In this document: piece by piece, positions 17,956 through 27,999 of the stretch
How positions within the stretch are numbered: position 1 is the first letter of the stretch
Layout of the letters: each line of letters begins with the position of its first letter
Source of the DNA: Myxococcales bacterium
GTDB taxonomy: Bacteria; Myxococcota_A; UBA9042; JABWCM01; BTVJ01
Reading direction: 5' to 3'
Assembly (NCBI GenBank): GCA_045863395.1
Contig: BTVJ01000043.1
Location: 1 to 64,000, forward strand
Length of the DNA stretch: 64,000 nucleotides
Notes under the pieces: model-generated
The model's input: only the letters and a program-made list of their open reading frames with translations
What the model was told of the DNA's origin: nothing
Database searches by the model: none
Program-made: the position numbers and the translations under genes

Positions 17956-19086
17956 ATGACCGTCAGATACTTCGCCACCTGCCCGAAGGGCATCGAGCCC
18001 ATGCTGCGGGACGAGTGCCGCGAGGCCGGACTGCGGCGCGTCAAGCAGGCGCGAGGCGGGGTCCACTTCGAGGGGACGGCCAGGGACGGGATGCGCGCCT
18101 GCCTGTGGCTCCGGACCGCCCACCGGGTCCTCTGGCCGCTCGGGTCCTTCGCCTGCCCCGACACCGAGGCGCTGTACGCGGGCATCGTCGCCCTGCCTTG
18201 GGAGCAGCACCTGACGCCCCGGCACACCCTGGCGATCACGGCGCTCGGCACCAACGAGGCGCTGCGACACACGGGCTTCATCGCCCAGCGGTCGAAGGAC
18301 GCCATCGTGGACCGCCTGCGTGACCGGGCGGGCGGACGCCCCAGCGTGGAGCTGCACGAGCCGGACGTGCGCATCGTCGTCCACCTGGACCGGACCCTGG
18401 CGTCGGTCTCCTTGGACCTGAGCGGTGACGGACTCCACAGGCGCGGCTGGCGCGCTGCGAGCGTGGAGGCCCCGCTGCGTGAGACGCTCGCCGCCGCCAT
18501 CGTGCGCGCGACCGGCTGGGACCGCGTCATGCCCCTGGTAGACCCACTGTGTGGCGGCGCGACCATCCCCATCGAGGCCGCGCTGCTCGCGCGGCGGCTG
18601 GCGCCGGGCCTGGACCGGGCCCACGGCTTCCTGCGCTGGCCGACCTTCGGGGACGTGGAGAAGGCGGCCTGGCGCGAACTGTGCGATGAAGCACGGGCCG
18701 CCGCCCTCCCCGCGGCCCCCGCCGTGATCATGGGGGTGGACCGGGATCCCGAAGCCATGGAGGCCGCTCGCAGGAACGTGCGGGCCGCGGGCGTGGAGGG
18801 CGACGTGGAGCTCTCGGTAGGAGACGGCGCCAACCTGATGCTCCCGCAGGCACCCGGCCTCATCGTCACGAACCCGCCCTACGGAGAGCGCCTGGGCCGC
18901 CCCGGCCGCCCCATGCAGGACTTCTTCCGCCGCCTGGGCACGGGCTTCGCGCGCTACAAGGGCTACACGGCCTGGATCCTCAGCGGCAACGAGGAGTTCC
19001 CCCGCCACTTCGGCCTCCGCTGGACAAACCGCCTCCCCCTCTGGAACGGCCCCCTCCCCTGCAACCTCTTCCGCTACGAGCTGTAG
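17956..19086 (+). CDS. THUMP-domain class I SAM-dependent RNA methyltransferase (RlmL-like)
   Basis: YFATCPKGIE, SKDAIVD, LDLSGDGLHRRGWR, APLRETLAAA, DPLCGGATIPIEAA, VTNPPYGERL; GGAGGAG RBS. Confidence 0.9.
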   Translation: MTVRYFATCPKGIEPMLRDECREAGLRRVKQARGGVHFEGTARDGMRACLWLRTAHRVLWPLGSFACPDTEALYAGIVALPWEQHLTPRHTLAITALGTNEALRHTGFIAQRSKDAIVDRLRDRAGGRPSVELHEPDVRIVVHLDRTLASVSLDLSGDGLHRRGWRAASVEAPLRETLAAAIVRATGWDRVMPLVDPLCGGATIPIEAALLARRLAPGLDRAHGFLRWPTFGDVEKAAWRELCDEARAAALPAAPAVIMGVDRDPEAMEAARRNVRAAGVEGDVELSVGDGANLMLPQAPGLIVTNPPYGERLGRPGRPMQDFFRRLGTGFARYKGYTAWILSGNEEFPRHFGLRWTNRLPLWNGPLPCNLFRYEL

Positions 19087-19172
19087 AGGGGGGGGGGTCA
19101 AGTATACTCAATTCTCATTTATTCGGGACGGCGAGGCCCCCGGAGCATGAGCGACACCCACGAGCCTTCGCG

Positions 19173-21671
19173 ATGCACGCCCTGATCCCGCTGCCCATCG
19201 ACGCGGCGCTGCCGGCCATCGCCGAGGCGCTCCACGGGCGCCCATCCCTCGTGCTGGAGGCTCCCCCGGGGGCTGGCAAGACGACGCGCGTGCCACCGCT
19301 CCTCATTGGCGGCGGCCGCGTCGTGGTGTTGGAGCCGCGGCGGGTGGCGGCGCGGGCGGCGGCCCGGCGCATCGCCGAAGAGCAGGGCTGGACCCTCGGC
19401 GAGCAGGTGGGGTGGCACATCCGGTTCGAGGCGCGCTACCGCCCTGCTACTCGCCTGGTCTTCGCGACGGAGGGCGTCCTGCTGCGCTGGCTCCAGCGGG
19501 ATCCGCTCCTGGAGGGCGTGGGCGCGGTGGTGCTCGACGAGGTGCACGAGCGGAGCCTGCACACGGACCTGGCGCTCGCGCTGCTCCGGGAGGTTCAGGC
19601 GGCACGACCGGACCTGCGCCTCGTCGTGATGTCCGCCACCCTGGACGCCGAGCCGTTCCAGGCATTTCTGGGCGGCCCGGACCGCTGCGCGCTCCTGCGG
19701 GTGCCGGGCCGCTCCCACCCGGTCTCCGTCCACTACGATCCGCGCCCGGACCCCCGGCCCATGGACGTGAGGGTGGCATCCGCGGTCCGGCGCGCCCAGG
19801 GGAACGTGCTGGTCTTCCTCCCCGGCGCGGGGGAGATCGCGAGGGCCATCCGCGCCTGCGAGGGGATCGGGCCCATGGATCTCCTCCCCCTGCATGGGGG
19901 CCTCTCGGGCGACGAGCAGGACCGTGCCCTGGCCCCCTCCTCCCGTCGCAAGGCGGTCTTCGCCACCAACATCGCCGAGACCTCGCTCACCCTGGACGGC
20001 GTGACCACGGTCATCGACACGGGGCTGGAGCGCACGCTGCGGCACGACCCTGCGACCGGGGTGGACCGCCTCGTCCTCGGGCGCATCTCTGCGGTGTCCG
20101 CGACGCAGCGCGCAGGGCGGGCCGGACGCACCGGCCCCGGGGAGGCGCACCGCCTGTGGACCGAGGGCGAGCAGCAGACCCTGGTGCCCGCCCCGACGCC
20201 GGAGATCCGGCGCGTGGACCTGGCGCAGACCGTCTTGGAGCTGCGGGCTTGGGGAGTGCGCGACCCGCTGGCCTTCGGGTGGTTCGAGGCACCGCCGGCC
20301 GAGGCCATCGCCGCGGCGGACCGCCTGCTCCATCGGCTCGGCGCCCTCGCTGGCGCCTCCGTCACCCCACTCGGGGCGACGCTGCTGCGCCTGCCGCTCC
20401 ACCCCCGCATCGGGCGACTCCTGATCTCGGCCCACGCCGCCGGTCGCGCGTCGGACGGCGCGGCCCTCGCGGCGCTCATCTCCGAGCCGGACCTCCTGCG
20501 CCGCGCCCCCGACACCTCCGCGCCCAGCGATCTCCTCCTGCGCCTGGACGCACTCGGCCAGGTGGAGGACGCCCGCTTCGACCCATCGGTGGCAGCGCGA
20601 CTCGGCGTGGACGCGCGTGCGGCCCGCTCCGTGGCTCGGGTGCGCGACCAGCTCGCCGGGCTCGCTCGCGCTCTGGGTCCCGAGCCCGCAACGACCCCTG
20701 GCGACGAGCCCCTGCTCCGCGCGATGCTCGACGGCTGGGCGGATCGGGTGTGCCGCCGCCGCGCCCCCCGGTCGGAGCGGGCCCGCATGGTGGGCGGCCA
20801 GGGCGTCGCCCTCGACCGGGCGAGCGTCGTCCGGGACGCAGAGCTGTTCATCGCCGTGACGCTGGGCAGCGCCACCGGGACGCGGGCCGAGGCGACCGTC
20901 CGCCTCGCGAGCGCCGTGGAGCGGAGCTGGCTCTCGGAGGAGCTGCCCCACCTGGTCTTCGAGGAGACACGCCTGGCGTTCGACGAGGACCGCCTGGCCG
21001 TCGCCGCCGCGCGAGTCACCGGCTTCGACGATCTGGTGCTCGCGGAGCGCCCCACCCCAATCTCCCGCACAGACGCCCCCGAGGTGGAGCGGCTGCTGTC
21101 CGAGGCCGCCTCTCGGGACCTGGCGCGTGCGCTCCCCCTGGCCTCCGCCGATCAGCTCCTCGCGCGCATCGCCGCCGTCCGGACCTGGCGCCCGGCCCTG
21201 GACCTGCCCGCCCCGGACGACCTGGTCCGCCAGCACCTGCCGTCTCTCTGCGCTGGCCGCCGCAGCTTCGCCGAGCTGGCCGCCCTGGACCTGGTCTCCG
21301 CGCTCCTGGCCCTCCTGACGTGGGAGCAGCGCCAAGCCCTCGAGTCCCTCGCGCCCGAGCGCCTGGAGGTGCCGAGCGGCAGCCGCGTCCGTCTGGACTG
21401 GAGCGCCGGAGACGCCCCGGTCCTCGCCGTCCGCCTGCAGGAGATGTTCGGGTGCGCGCGCCACCCCACCGTGGGGGACGGAGTCCCCGTCGTCCTCCAC
21501 CTGCTGTCCCCCGCGATGCGCCCGGTCCAGGTCACCAGCGACCTGCCGGGCTTCTGGAGGCGCACGTGGCCGGAGGTGCGCAAGGAGCTGCGTGGACGCT
21601 ACCCGAAGCACGACTGGCCCGAGGACCCCCTGGCAGCCAGCCCACGCAGCCGCCCCGGTCGCCCCCGCTGA
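19173..21671 (+). CDS. hrpB: ATP-dependent helicase HrpB
   Basis: APPGAGKTT, EPRRVAARA, DEVHER, MSAT, TNIAETSLT, QRAGRAGR; C-terminal LSPAMRPVQVTSDLPGFW...RGRYPKHDWPEDP. Confidence 0.95.
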   Translation: MHALIPLPIDAALPAIAEALHGRPSLVLEAPPGAGKTTRVPPLLIGGGRVVVLEPRRVAARAAARRIAEEQGWTLGEQVGWHIRFEARYRPATRLVFATEGVLLRWLQRDPLLEGVGAVVLDEVHERSLHTDLALALLREVQAARPDLRLVVMSATLDAEPFQAFLGGPDRCALLRVPGRSHPVSVHYDPRPDPRPMDVRVASAVRRAQGNVLVFLPGAGEIARAIRACEGIGPMDLLPLHGGLSGDEQDRALAPSSRRKAVFATNIAETSLTLDGVTTVIDTGLERTLRHDPATGVDRLVLGRISAVSATQRAGRAGRTGPGEAHRLWTEGEQQTLVPAPTPEIRRVDLAQTVLELRAWGVRDPLAFGWFEAPPAEAIAAADRLLHRLGALAGASVTPLGATLLRLPLHPRIGRLLISAHAAGRASDGAALAALISEPDLLRRAPDTSAPSDLLLRLDALGQVEDARFDPSVAARLGVDARAARSVARVRDQLAGLARALGPEPATTPGDEPLLRAMLDGWADRVCRRRAPRSERARMVGGQGVALDRASVVRDAELFIAVTLGSATGTRAEATVRLASAVERSWLSEELPHLVFEETRLAFDEDRLAVAAARVTGFDDLVLAERPTPISRTDAPEVERLLSEAASRDLARALPLASADQLLARIAAVRTWRPALDLPAPDDLVRQHLPSLCAGRRSFAELAALDLVSALLALLTWEQRQALESLAPERLEVPSGSRVRLDWSAGDAPVLAVRLQEMFGCARHPTVGDGVPVVLHLLSPAMRPVQVTSDLPGFWRRTWPEVRKELRGRYPKHDWPEDPLAASPRSRPGRPR

Positions 21672-21686
21672 GGGTCCAGCGGGCTG

Positions 21687-23123
21687 TCAGGTGCCCGGCG
21701 TGCAGTCAGGGCAGGGGGCGCGGTCCTTCGGGTGCGCCGCCAGCTTCGCCGCCAGATCGCGCAGCGCCGTGCGCAGGCCCTCCTCGACGACGGGGTGGTA
21801 GAACGGGCGGGCGAGCATCTCGTCCACGGTCAGACCCGACTGGACCGACCACGCCAGCAGGTGGCCGATGTGCTCCGCCGCGGGCCCCGCCATCTCTGCA
21901 CCGAGGAAGCGCCCGGTCGCGATCTCGCCGTAGACCCGCAGGTGGCCCTTGTTCTTGCGCATGACCCGCGATCGGCCCTGGTCGTCGAAGGAGACCTCGC
22001 CGATGACGTAGCAGTCGGGTCGCAGCGAGCGGAAGCTGGCGCCGGCCATGGCGATCTGGGGGTCGGTGAACACCACCCCGAGCCGCGCGCGCCGCTCGCC
22101 GTGCACCATCGTCTCCCCCAGCGCGAGCCGGGCGGCGTTGTCCCCGGCGATGCGCCCCTCATCGGCCGCCTCGTGCAGAAGGGGGATGTAGTTGGCCGCG
22201 TCGCCAGCGATGAACACCGGCGCAGCGCCACACTGGGTGGTGCGCGGGTCCGAGACCGGCACACCGGCGGTGCCGAGGACGACCCCGGCGGCCTCCAGCC
22301 CCAGCCCCTCGACGTTCGGCGTGCGGCCCGTCGCCGCGAGCAGCCAGTCGTAGGTCTCGGTGCGCTCCGCTCCATCGAGGTCCGTGAAGGTGACGCTCAC
22401 CGCGTCGCCGACCCGCTTCAGGTCCCGGACCCGCGCGTCGGGATCCACGTAGAGCTCCTCCGAGATCGCCGCCAGGAAGCGGTCTCTCACCAGCGGATCG
22501 GTCAGCGGCCCGACGGCCCCCCCGCGCCCGAACACCCGCACCCGCACCCCGAGGCGCGCCAGGGCCTGCCCCAGCTCCAGGCCGATGACCCCGGGCCCGA
22601 ACACCGCCACGGACTCGGGCAGGTCCTGCCACGAGAAGACGTCGTCGTTGATGATCAGGCGGTCTCCCACGGCCTCGAAGTGCCGTGGCCAGGTGGCGCG
22701 GGAGCCCGTGGCGATCACCACCGCCTTGGCACTCACCACGTCCTCCCCCACCGCCAGGGTGTGGGTGTCCACGAAGCGGGCGGTCCCGTAGAGCTTGTCC
22801 TCGGCAGGGATCTGGTCCACGCCTCTGCGCACGAAGCCGACGAACCGGTCCCGCTCGTCGCGGACCCGCTTCATGACGGCCTTGCCGTCCACCCGGACCG
22901 GCCCCCCGTGGACGCCGAAGCCCGGCGCCGCAGAGATTGCGTGGGCGGCCTCCGCGGCGGCGATCAGCAGCTTGGACGGCATGCAGCCGACCCGCGCGCA
23001 GGTCGTCCCTCCAACGCCCCCCTCGATGATGACCGCGCGGGCCCCCCGCTGCCTGGCGGCGCGGTAGGCGGCGAGACCGGCAGTGCCGGCCCCGATGACG
23101 GCGACGTCCGTGTGGTGGTGCAA
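21687..23123 (-). CDS. Dihydrolipoyl dehydrogenase-like flavoprotein disulfide reductase, likely partner of the Prx-Grx hybrid
   Basis: GAGTAG FAD motif, CARVGCMPSK redox disulfide, GPGVIG, FYHPVVEEG, C-terminal CPDC. Confidence 0.9.
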   Translation of the reverse strand: MHHHTDVAVIGAGTAGLAAYRAARQRGARAVIIEGGVGGTTCARVGCMPSKLLIAAAEAAHAISAAPGFGVHGGPVRVDGKAVMKRVRDERDRFVGFVRRGVDQIPAEDKLYGTARFVDTHTLAVGEDVVSAKAVVIATGSRATWPRHFEAVGDRLIINDDVFSWQDLPESVAVFGPGVIGLELGQALARLGVRVRVFGRGGAVGPLTDPLVRDRFLAAISEELYVDPDARVRDLKRVGDAVSVTFTDLDGAERTETYDWLLAATGRTPNVEGLGLEAAGVVLGTAGVPVSDPRTTQCGAAPVFIAGDAANYIPLLHEAADEGRIAGDNAARLALGETMVHGERRARLGVVFTDPQIAMAGASFRSLRPDCYVIGEVSFDDQGRSRVMRKNKGHLRVYGEIATGRFLGAEMAGPAAEHIGHLLAWSVQSGLTVDEMLARPFYHPVVEEGLRTALRDLAAKLAAHPKDRAPCPDCTPGT

Positions 23124-23273
23124 GGTGCCTCCTGACTCGTGACGGGTGAATGTGGAGGACCGGAGAGTCCGCGGCGCGCAGACTCATCCGAGTCTCCGTA
23201 GACTCAGGAGTGTCGGGGGCAGACGCAGCCTCCTGCGCGCCCCCGAATCTCCATCATCGCCACAATCCGCAGC

Positions 23274-24014
23274 CTACTTCGCCCTCTTGGCCAGCCACGC
23301 AGCCAGCTCCTCGGAGCCGCCGATCCTCTGCCCGCCGACGAACACCTGGGGGGTGGTCCCGGCGCCCGCCACGGCGTTCAGGGTGCGCGACGTGATGCCC
23401 TTGCCGAGCTGAATCTCCTCGTAGTGCAGACCCGCCTCCCGCAGCATGGACTTGGCGCTGGCGCAGTAGGGGCAGCCCGCCTTGGAGAACATGGTGATCG
23501 CCGGGGGGGCCACCGCGTCGGGCGCGACGTAGCGGAGCATGGTGTCGGCGTCGGAGACCTCGAAGGGGTCGCCGTCCTTCTCGGGCTCGATGAACATCTT
23601 CTCGACGACGCCATCGCGCACCAGCATGGAGTAGCGCCAGGAGCGCATGCCGAAGCCCAGGTGGCGCTTGTCGACCAGCATGCCCATTCCCGCGGTGAAC
23701 TCCCCGTTGCCGTCGGGCACGAGCGTGACGTTCTCCGCCTCCTGGTCCTTGCCCCACTCATTCATGACGAAGGCGTCGTTCACCGAGAGGCACAGCACCG
23801 AGTCGATGCCGTGGGCCTTGAAGGTGCCCGCCAGCTCGTTGAAGCGCGGCAGGTGGGTGGTCGAGCAGGTCGGCGTGTACGCGCCCGGCAGGGAGAACAC
23901 GACGACGCTCTTGCCGGCGAACAGCTCCGCCGTGGTGACGTCGACCCACTTCCCGTCCTTGCGGGTCTTGAACGTGACGTTCGGGACGTGCTTCCCCTCG
24001 TTATTCGGCAACAT
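23274..24014 (-). CDS. pgdx: Peroxiredoxin 5-glutaredoxin hybrid (glutathione-dependent peroxidase)
   Basis: Prx5 motifs [27 protein letters not shown]-terminal Grx domain CPYC and [25 protein letters not shown]. Confidence 0.93.
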   Translation of the reverse strand: MLPNNEGKHVPNVTFKTRKDGKWVDVTTAELFAGKSVVVFSLPGAYTPTCSTTHLPRFNELAGTFKAHGIDSVLCLSVNDAFVMNEWGKDQEAENVTLVPDGNGEFTAGMGMLVDKRHLGFGMRSWRYSMLVRDGVVEKMFIEPEKDGDPFEVSDADTMLRYVAPDAVAPPAITMFSKAGCPYCASAKSMLREAGLHYEEIQLGKGITSRTLNAVAGAGTTPQVFVGGQRIGGSEELAAWLAKRAK

Positions 24015-24078
24015 GGCTACTCCTCCAGGTTCTCTGGCGCTTCGTGGCCCCGGCGCGACCGCTGCCGGGGATGAGGGG

Positions 24079-24144
24079 AGTATGTGCCGCCAGCGCGGGG
24101 TCGGCAATTCGATTGTTCCTCTCCGAGTGATAGTCTGACGCTAT
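24079..24144 (-). promoter_or_regulatory. Sigma70 promoter with an adjacent OxyR-like binding site
   Basis: Minus strand ATAG-N7-CTAT-N7-AGAG-N7-CGAA (24144-24108) directly followed by TTGCCG-N17-CATACT (24107-24079). Confidence 0.7.
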
Positions 24145-26864
24145 TGCAACCCTCCCGGAGCGCCGCCCCCGGCAGGGAAGTCCAGGCGCTGCACGGTCGC
24201 CGCCTCGACCGCAGCGGGGAGCAGCAGCGTCCCATAGGACCCGTGGGCCAGCCAGGTCGACATCTGGGTCATCCAGTGGGGACCGCCCGGGTCGCCGCCC
24301 TGGCCACCCGCGAGCACGTTGAACCCCCGGGTGGCGTCGCCGGCAAGCTCGACGCAGAAGCGGAAGATGGCCCCCGACGTGGCCGTCAGGGGGAACTTGC
24401 GCACCGACCCGTCGGCCTCCGTGCCCGAGTAGTCCGACACATTGACCGTGTTGGGGCCGCCATCCATCTCGTAGGGCCCCTCCGACAGGTCGTCGAACAC
24501 GATGTGGTGCACCCGCAGCTCGTGGACCCGGCGCCAGGTCCAGGCGCTGATGGGCTCCTCCCCGAAGCGCTCCCGGAGCTGGGTGATCGCCTCCCCGAGG
24601 GCGGCCTCGGCGTGGTGGTCGAAGGTCTCCACCGCGTCGGTCTTGGGATCGTCCAGCCAATCCACGCTCGCCGCCGGCGCCCTCCCCTTCACCCAGGCGA
24701 CCACGTCCCGCCCGCCGATCGCATGGAGGAACCCGCCGACCACGCCCATGACGAGGCTGTTGAGGCGCTGCTTGAGGATGCGGTGGATCACGTGGGTGAG
24801 CCAGGTGTTGAAGACGGTCGCCTCGGCGCTGTCCAGGGCCTGCTGCCCGTCCCAGCCGGCGAGCAGCGTCAGAGCCTCGCAGGCGTCCCCGGGCACCGCG
24901 CACACCGCTTCCTTCCGCTCGAGGAGCAGCGGCAGGAGCTCCACCGAGAACACGGAGAGGTTGTCGGCCTGCCAGGAGGAGGCGTCCTCCAGGGTCGGCG
25001 CCGCTCCCCCGTTCAGGCGGGCGTGGATGATCTCCGTCAGGCGCCACGCGCGGTTGCCCAGGTCGGCGAAGTGCTGCAGGTACCGGTCGTCGTTGAGCGG
25101 GTCGCCGTCCATGTTCTGGGCGGTCATCGCCCCGTTGGCGTCCACGTGGTAGCCCTTGGGCGGGCGCAGGTCGTCCAGGGCCTCGGACGGCGGCGCGACG
25201 CGGGTCCACTCGTAGGCGCCGCCGCCGTCCAGCGGGGCCCAGGGCGGCGCGTCCGTGAGCTTCCAGTCTCGCACGGGCCAGGGCCCAGCCACGGAGTAGC
25301 CGATGTCCCCCCCGCCGTCCGCCAGGGTCCAGTTCATGGGGCCGCCGTCGAACAGGTTGAGGGCGGCCCGCGCCTCGTCGATGGTGCGCGCCCCCCACAG
25401 CGCGGCGATGGCGGCGGCGTCGTTGGTGTTCGGCTCGAAGCCCGTCCAGCGGGCGGACAGCACGACGCCGCTCGCCGACAGGAGAAACGCCATGTCGTCG
25501 GGGAGGAGGCCGTTGACGATGGGCCCGTGGTGGGGGACCACGTCGATGGTCACGCTCACCGTCTCGGGGCTCTTCCAGTCGCCCCCCTCCGGCTTCACCT
25601 CGATGATCTCCTCGCGCCGCTGGAGCGGCACCCAGCCCTCCTTGAACCGCACGGCGTCGCCGGCCTCGTTCAGCTCCTCGGCATACAGGTCCGTGACGTC
25701 CCCGAAGCTGGTGGTGATGCCGAAGGCCATGGCGCCCGTGTGTCCGCCCAGCACGTAGGGCAGCCCCGGCACGGCGTAGCCGAAGAGCCCGACCGGGTCG
25801 TCGCCCACGGTCAGGTGGACGGCCATGAAGCGATTGGGGGCGACGATGGGCTGATGGAACTCGTTGCAGAGCAGCGCGTGGCCCGAGGCGGTGCGCGCCC
25901 CCTCGATGGCGTAGGAGTTCGAGCCCGCCGCCGCCCCGAGCACGCTGCCGCGCAGCCCCGCCAGGCGCCGCGCCAGCTCCACCAGGGCATCGCCCATGGC
26001 GGCGCGGCGCTCCAGGGGCAGGCCGGCGAAGCGCGCGGCGAAGCTCTGTGCGACGACAGGGGCCGCGTCCGCCTTGCCTGGCAGCTTGGGGAAGCGCGAC
26101 TCGTCGCCCGGGGCCGGCTCGACGGCGTAGGTGGGCATCATGGGCTGGAACCGGAACAGGTCGCGGAAGGGCGCCTCCCCGAGCAGCAGGCTCGCCGCCA
26201 CTCCGAGCACTTCTTGATCCGCGCCGAAGGAGTTGGCGAGCACCACGAGCTTGCCGACCGCCAGGGTGTCCTCGGGCGCCCACGGGGGCGGCCACCAGTC
26301 GGTCCCGATGCGGTCCAGCTCGGGGGGACGCGGGTGCTTGCCGGCGCGCGCCTCGTCGAGCCACGCGTTGATGCCCGCGGTGTAGGAAAGCAGGTCCGCG
26401 TGGACCGCAGGGTGCTGCGCCTCGATCCACGCCAGGTTGGCGACCGCCAGCCCCTTGAGGCCCAGCACCCGCTTCGACTTGTCGTCGTCGAGCCAGGCGG
26501 GCCCATAGACCGCCGCCTGGGTGCCGTAGGCCTGCCTCCGCATGGAGTCGAGCTGGAGCAGCCGCTGGTGGGCCGTCACCCACCCCTGCAGGTACATGGA
26601 GTCCGTGCGGGACGCCGCGCGGATGTGCGGCACGCCCTGCGCGTCGAAGCGGATCTCGGCCGGCGCCTTGAGGGTGAGGCTCGGCTCGATCGGGGTGGCG
26701 ACGTCGGCGGCGGTCGCATCAACGGCGGCGGCATCGGTCGTCACGCGCGGCGCGTCCTCGTCGGGACACGCGCCGAGGACCAGGACCAGCGACACCACGG
26801 CGGGGCGCCAGGACCGCTGCGGGGCGCGGGGGACGTGTCGCCAGGGGCGATGGACTGTGTGCAT
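24141..26864 (-). CDS. Penicillin/AHL acylase family Ntn-hydrolase (peptidase S45), probable lipoprotein
   Basis: FDAQGVPHI, QGWVTAHQRLLQLD, GSNSYAI (beta-chain Ser), DVTDLYAE, HHGPIV, GGQGGDPGGPHWMTQM; lipobox-like VLGAC; start uncertain. Confidence 0.9.
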   Translation of the reverse strand: MHTVHRPWRHVPRAPQRSWRPAVVSLVLVLGACPDEDAPRVTTDAAAVDATAADVATPIEPSLTLKAPAEIRFDAQGVPHIRAASRTDSMYLQGWVTAHQRLLQLDSMRRQAYGTQAAVYGPAWLDDDKSKRVLGLKGLAVANLAWIEAQHPAVHADLLSYTAGINAWLDEARAGKHPRPPELDRIGTDWWPPPWAPEDTLAVGKLVVLANSFGADQEVLGVAASLLLGEAPFRDLFRFQPMMPTYAVEPAPGDESRFPKLPGKADAAPVVAQSFAARFAGLPLERRAAMGDALVELARRLAGLRGSVLGAAAGSNSYAIEGARTASGHALLCNEFHQPIVAPNRFMAVHLTVGDDPVGLFGYAVPGLPYVLGGHTGAMAFGITTSFGDVTDLYAEELNEAGDAVRFKEGWVPLQRREEIIEVKPEGGDWKSPETVSVTIDVVPHHGPIVNGLLPDDMAFLLSASGVVLSARWTGFEPNTNDAAAIAALWGARTIDEARAALNLFDGGPMNWTLADGGGDIGYSVAGPWPVRDWKLTDAPPWAPLDGGGAYEWTRVAPPSEALDDLRPPKGYHVDANGAMTAQNMDGDPLNDDRYLQHFADLGNRAWRLTEIIHARLNGGAAPTLEDASSWQADNLSVFSVELLPLLLERKEAVCAVPGDACEALTLLAGWDGQQALDSAEATVFNTWLTHVIHRILKQRLNSLVMGVVGGFLHAIGGRDVVAWVKGRAPAASVDWLDDPKTDAVETFDHHAEAALGEAITQLRERFGEEPISAWTWRRVHELRVHHIVFDDLSEGPYEMDGGPNTVNVSDYSGTEADGSVRKFPLTATSGAIFRFCVELAGDATRGFNVLAGGQGGDPGGPHWMTQMSTWLAHGSYGTLLLPAAVEAATVQRLDFPAGGGAPGGLQ

Positions 26865-27021
26865 GGGAGGCTCCTGCTGCGGGGAAGCCCCCTTATAGCC
26901 CAACCCCGACCTCGCGGCCACCCGGCAAGACCTCTACAGCGTGCGGATCGGCGACACGCCCCTCGGCTTGCGCGGCTGCCCCTTCGTCGCATCATGACGG
27001 GGCGCGAGGCCGCCCACCGTG

Positions 27022-27037
27022 TGGCACACCCCTTGCG
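27022..27037 (+). promoter_or_regulatory. Sigma54 (-24/-12) promoter
   Basis: TGGCACACCCCTTGCG matches TGGCAC-N5-TTGC; GGAGGT RBS and ATG 27064 follow. Confidence 0.75.
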
Positions 27038-27063
27038 AGCGGCCCCAGCCCGGAGGTGCGACC

Positions 27064-27987
27064 ATGAAGGTTGTGGCGCTGAGCATCATGATGGGAGCGG
27101 TGGCGGTCTTGGCGGGCTGCGAGGCGACTGGAGGCGGCGCGGCGGACACGCTCCATGGGGCGGATGCGGGGCAAGACGTGGGCTCCCTGGATGCGGGCCC
27201 GACGCCGGATGCCGGCGGCGTGACACCTGACTTCTCCCCTCCTGCCAGCCGGCTGAGCCTGGAGCTGGCGGACTGGGGGCTGAGCTTCACCGGGACGATC
27301 TACGGCGCGCCCCCCGCCTCCTGGCACACGGAGGCCGGACGCGACGGCCAATGCCGCCTGCTCACCTACACACCGGAGTTCTGCGACCCGATCTGCGAGT
27401 ACCCCGAGGTGTGCGCGGCCGGCAAGTGCGTGGGGCAGCCTCCCCTGGCCGACGCCGGCACCCTGACACTGACCGGCTTCGGGGACGCCATCACCATCGC
27501 CCCGTCTTTCCCGGGCTCCTACTTCTGGCAGACCGAGGCGCTGAAGCCGAAGGACGCGGGCCCGACCCTGACGCTCACGTCAGCCGGCGGCGACGTGCCC
27601 GCGTTCACGCTGTCCGTCGCGCCGGTGACCGCCCCCGTGCCCTCCGGCGACTGGTCCGCGCAGCTCGCCGCGCGCAAGAAGAGCGAGGACGTGACGCTCG
27701 CGTGGGCCGCCACCCCGGGCGCCCGCATCTCGCTGCGCATGACCACCGGCATCGGGACGCACGGCGGCATCTCCCCCACGGAGATCGAGTGCGAGGGGCC
27801 GGACGTGGGGTCGCTCCGCCTCCCCGGCGCCTGGCTCGACGCCCTGTACGCCGAGGGCTGGAGCTGCGGTGAGTGCGGCGGCAACGACCTGTGGCGCTAT
27901 CGCGCGGCGGCGACGGAGGCCGACCCGCGGGTCCAGCTCCGCGTGCAGGCGCGCGCCAGCTTCCACCACCACCCGAACCTCCACTGA
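27064..27987 (+). CDS. Hypothetical Cys-containing lipoprotein
   Basis: MKVVALS...VLAGC lipobox; CDPICEYPEVC and CGECGGN motifs; good RBS. Confidence 0.8.
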   Translation: MKVVALSIMMGAVAVLAGCEATGGGAADTLHGADAGQDVGSLDAGPTPDAGGVTPDFSPPASRLSLELADWGLSFTGTIYGAPPASWHTEAGRDGQCRLLTYTPEFCDPICEYPEVCAAGKCVGQPPLADAGTLTLTGFGDAITIAPSFPGSYFWQTEALKPKDAGPTLTLTSAGGDVPAFTLSVAPVTAPVPSGDWSAQLAARKKSEDVTLAWAATPGARISLRMTTGIGTHGGISPTEIECEGPDVGSLRLPGAWLDALYAEGWSCGECGGNDLWRYRAAATEADPRVQLRVQARASFHHHPNLH

Positions 27988-27999
27988 GAGGCTGCGTTC

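Noticed and set aside
19103..19121. Fur box upstream of hrpB
   Set aside because: Only one half-site (ATTCTCA) matches the 7-1-7 consensus.
24084..27230. 1048-aa plus-strand ORF
   Set aside because: Antisense shadow of the acylase gene.
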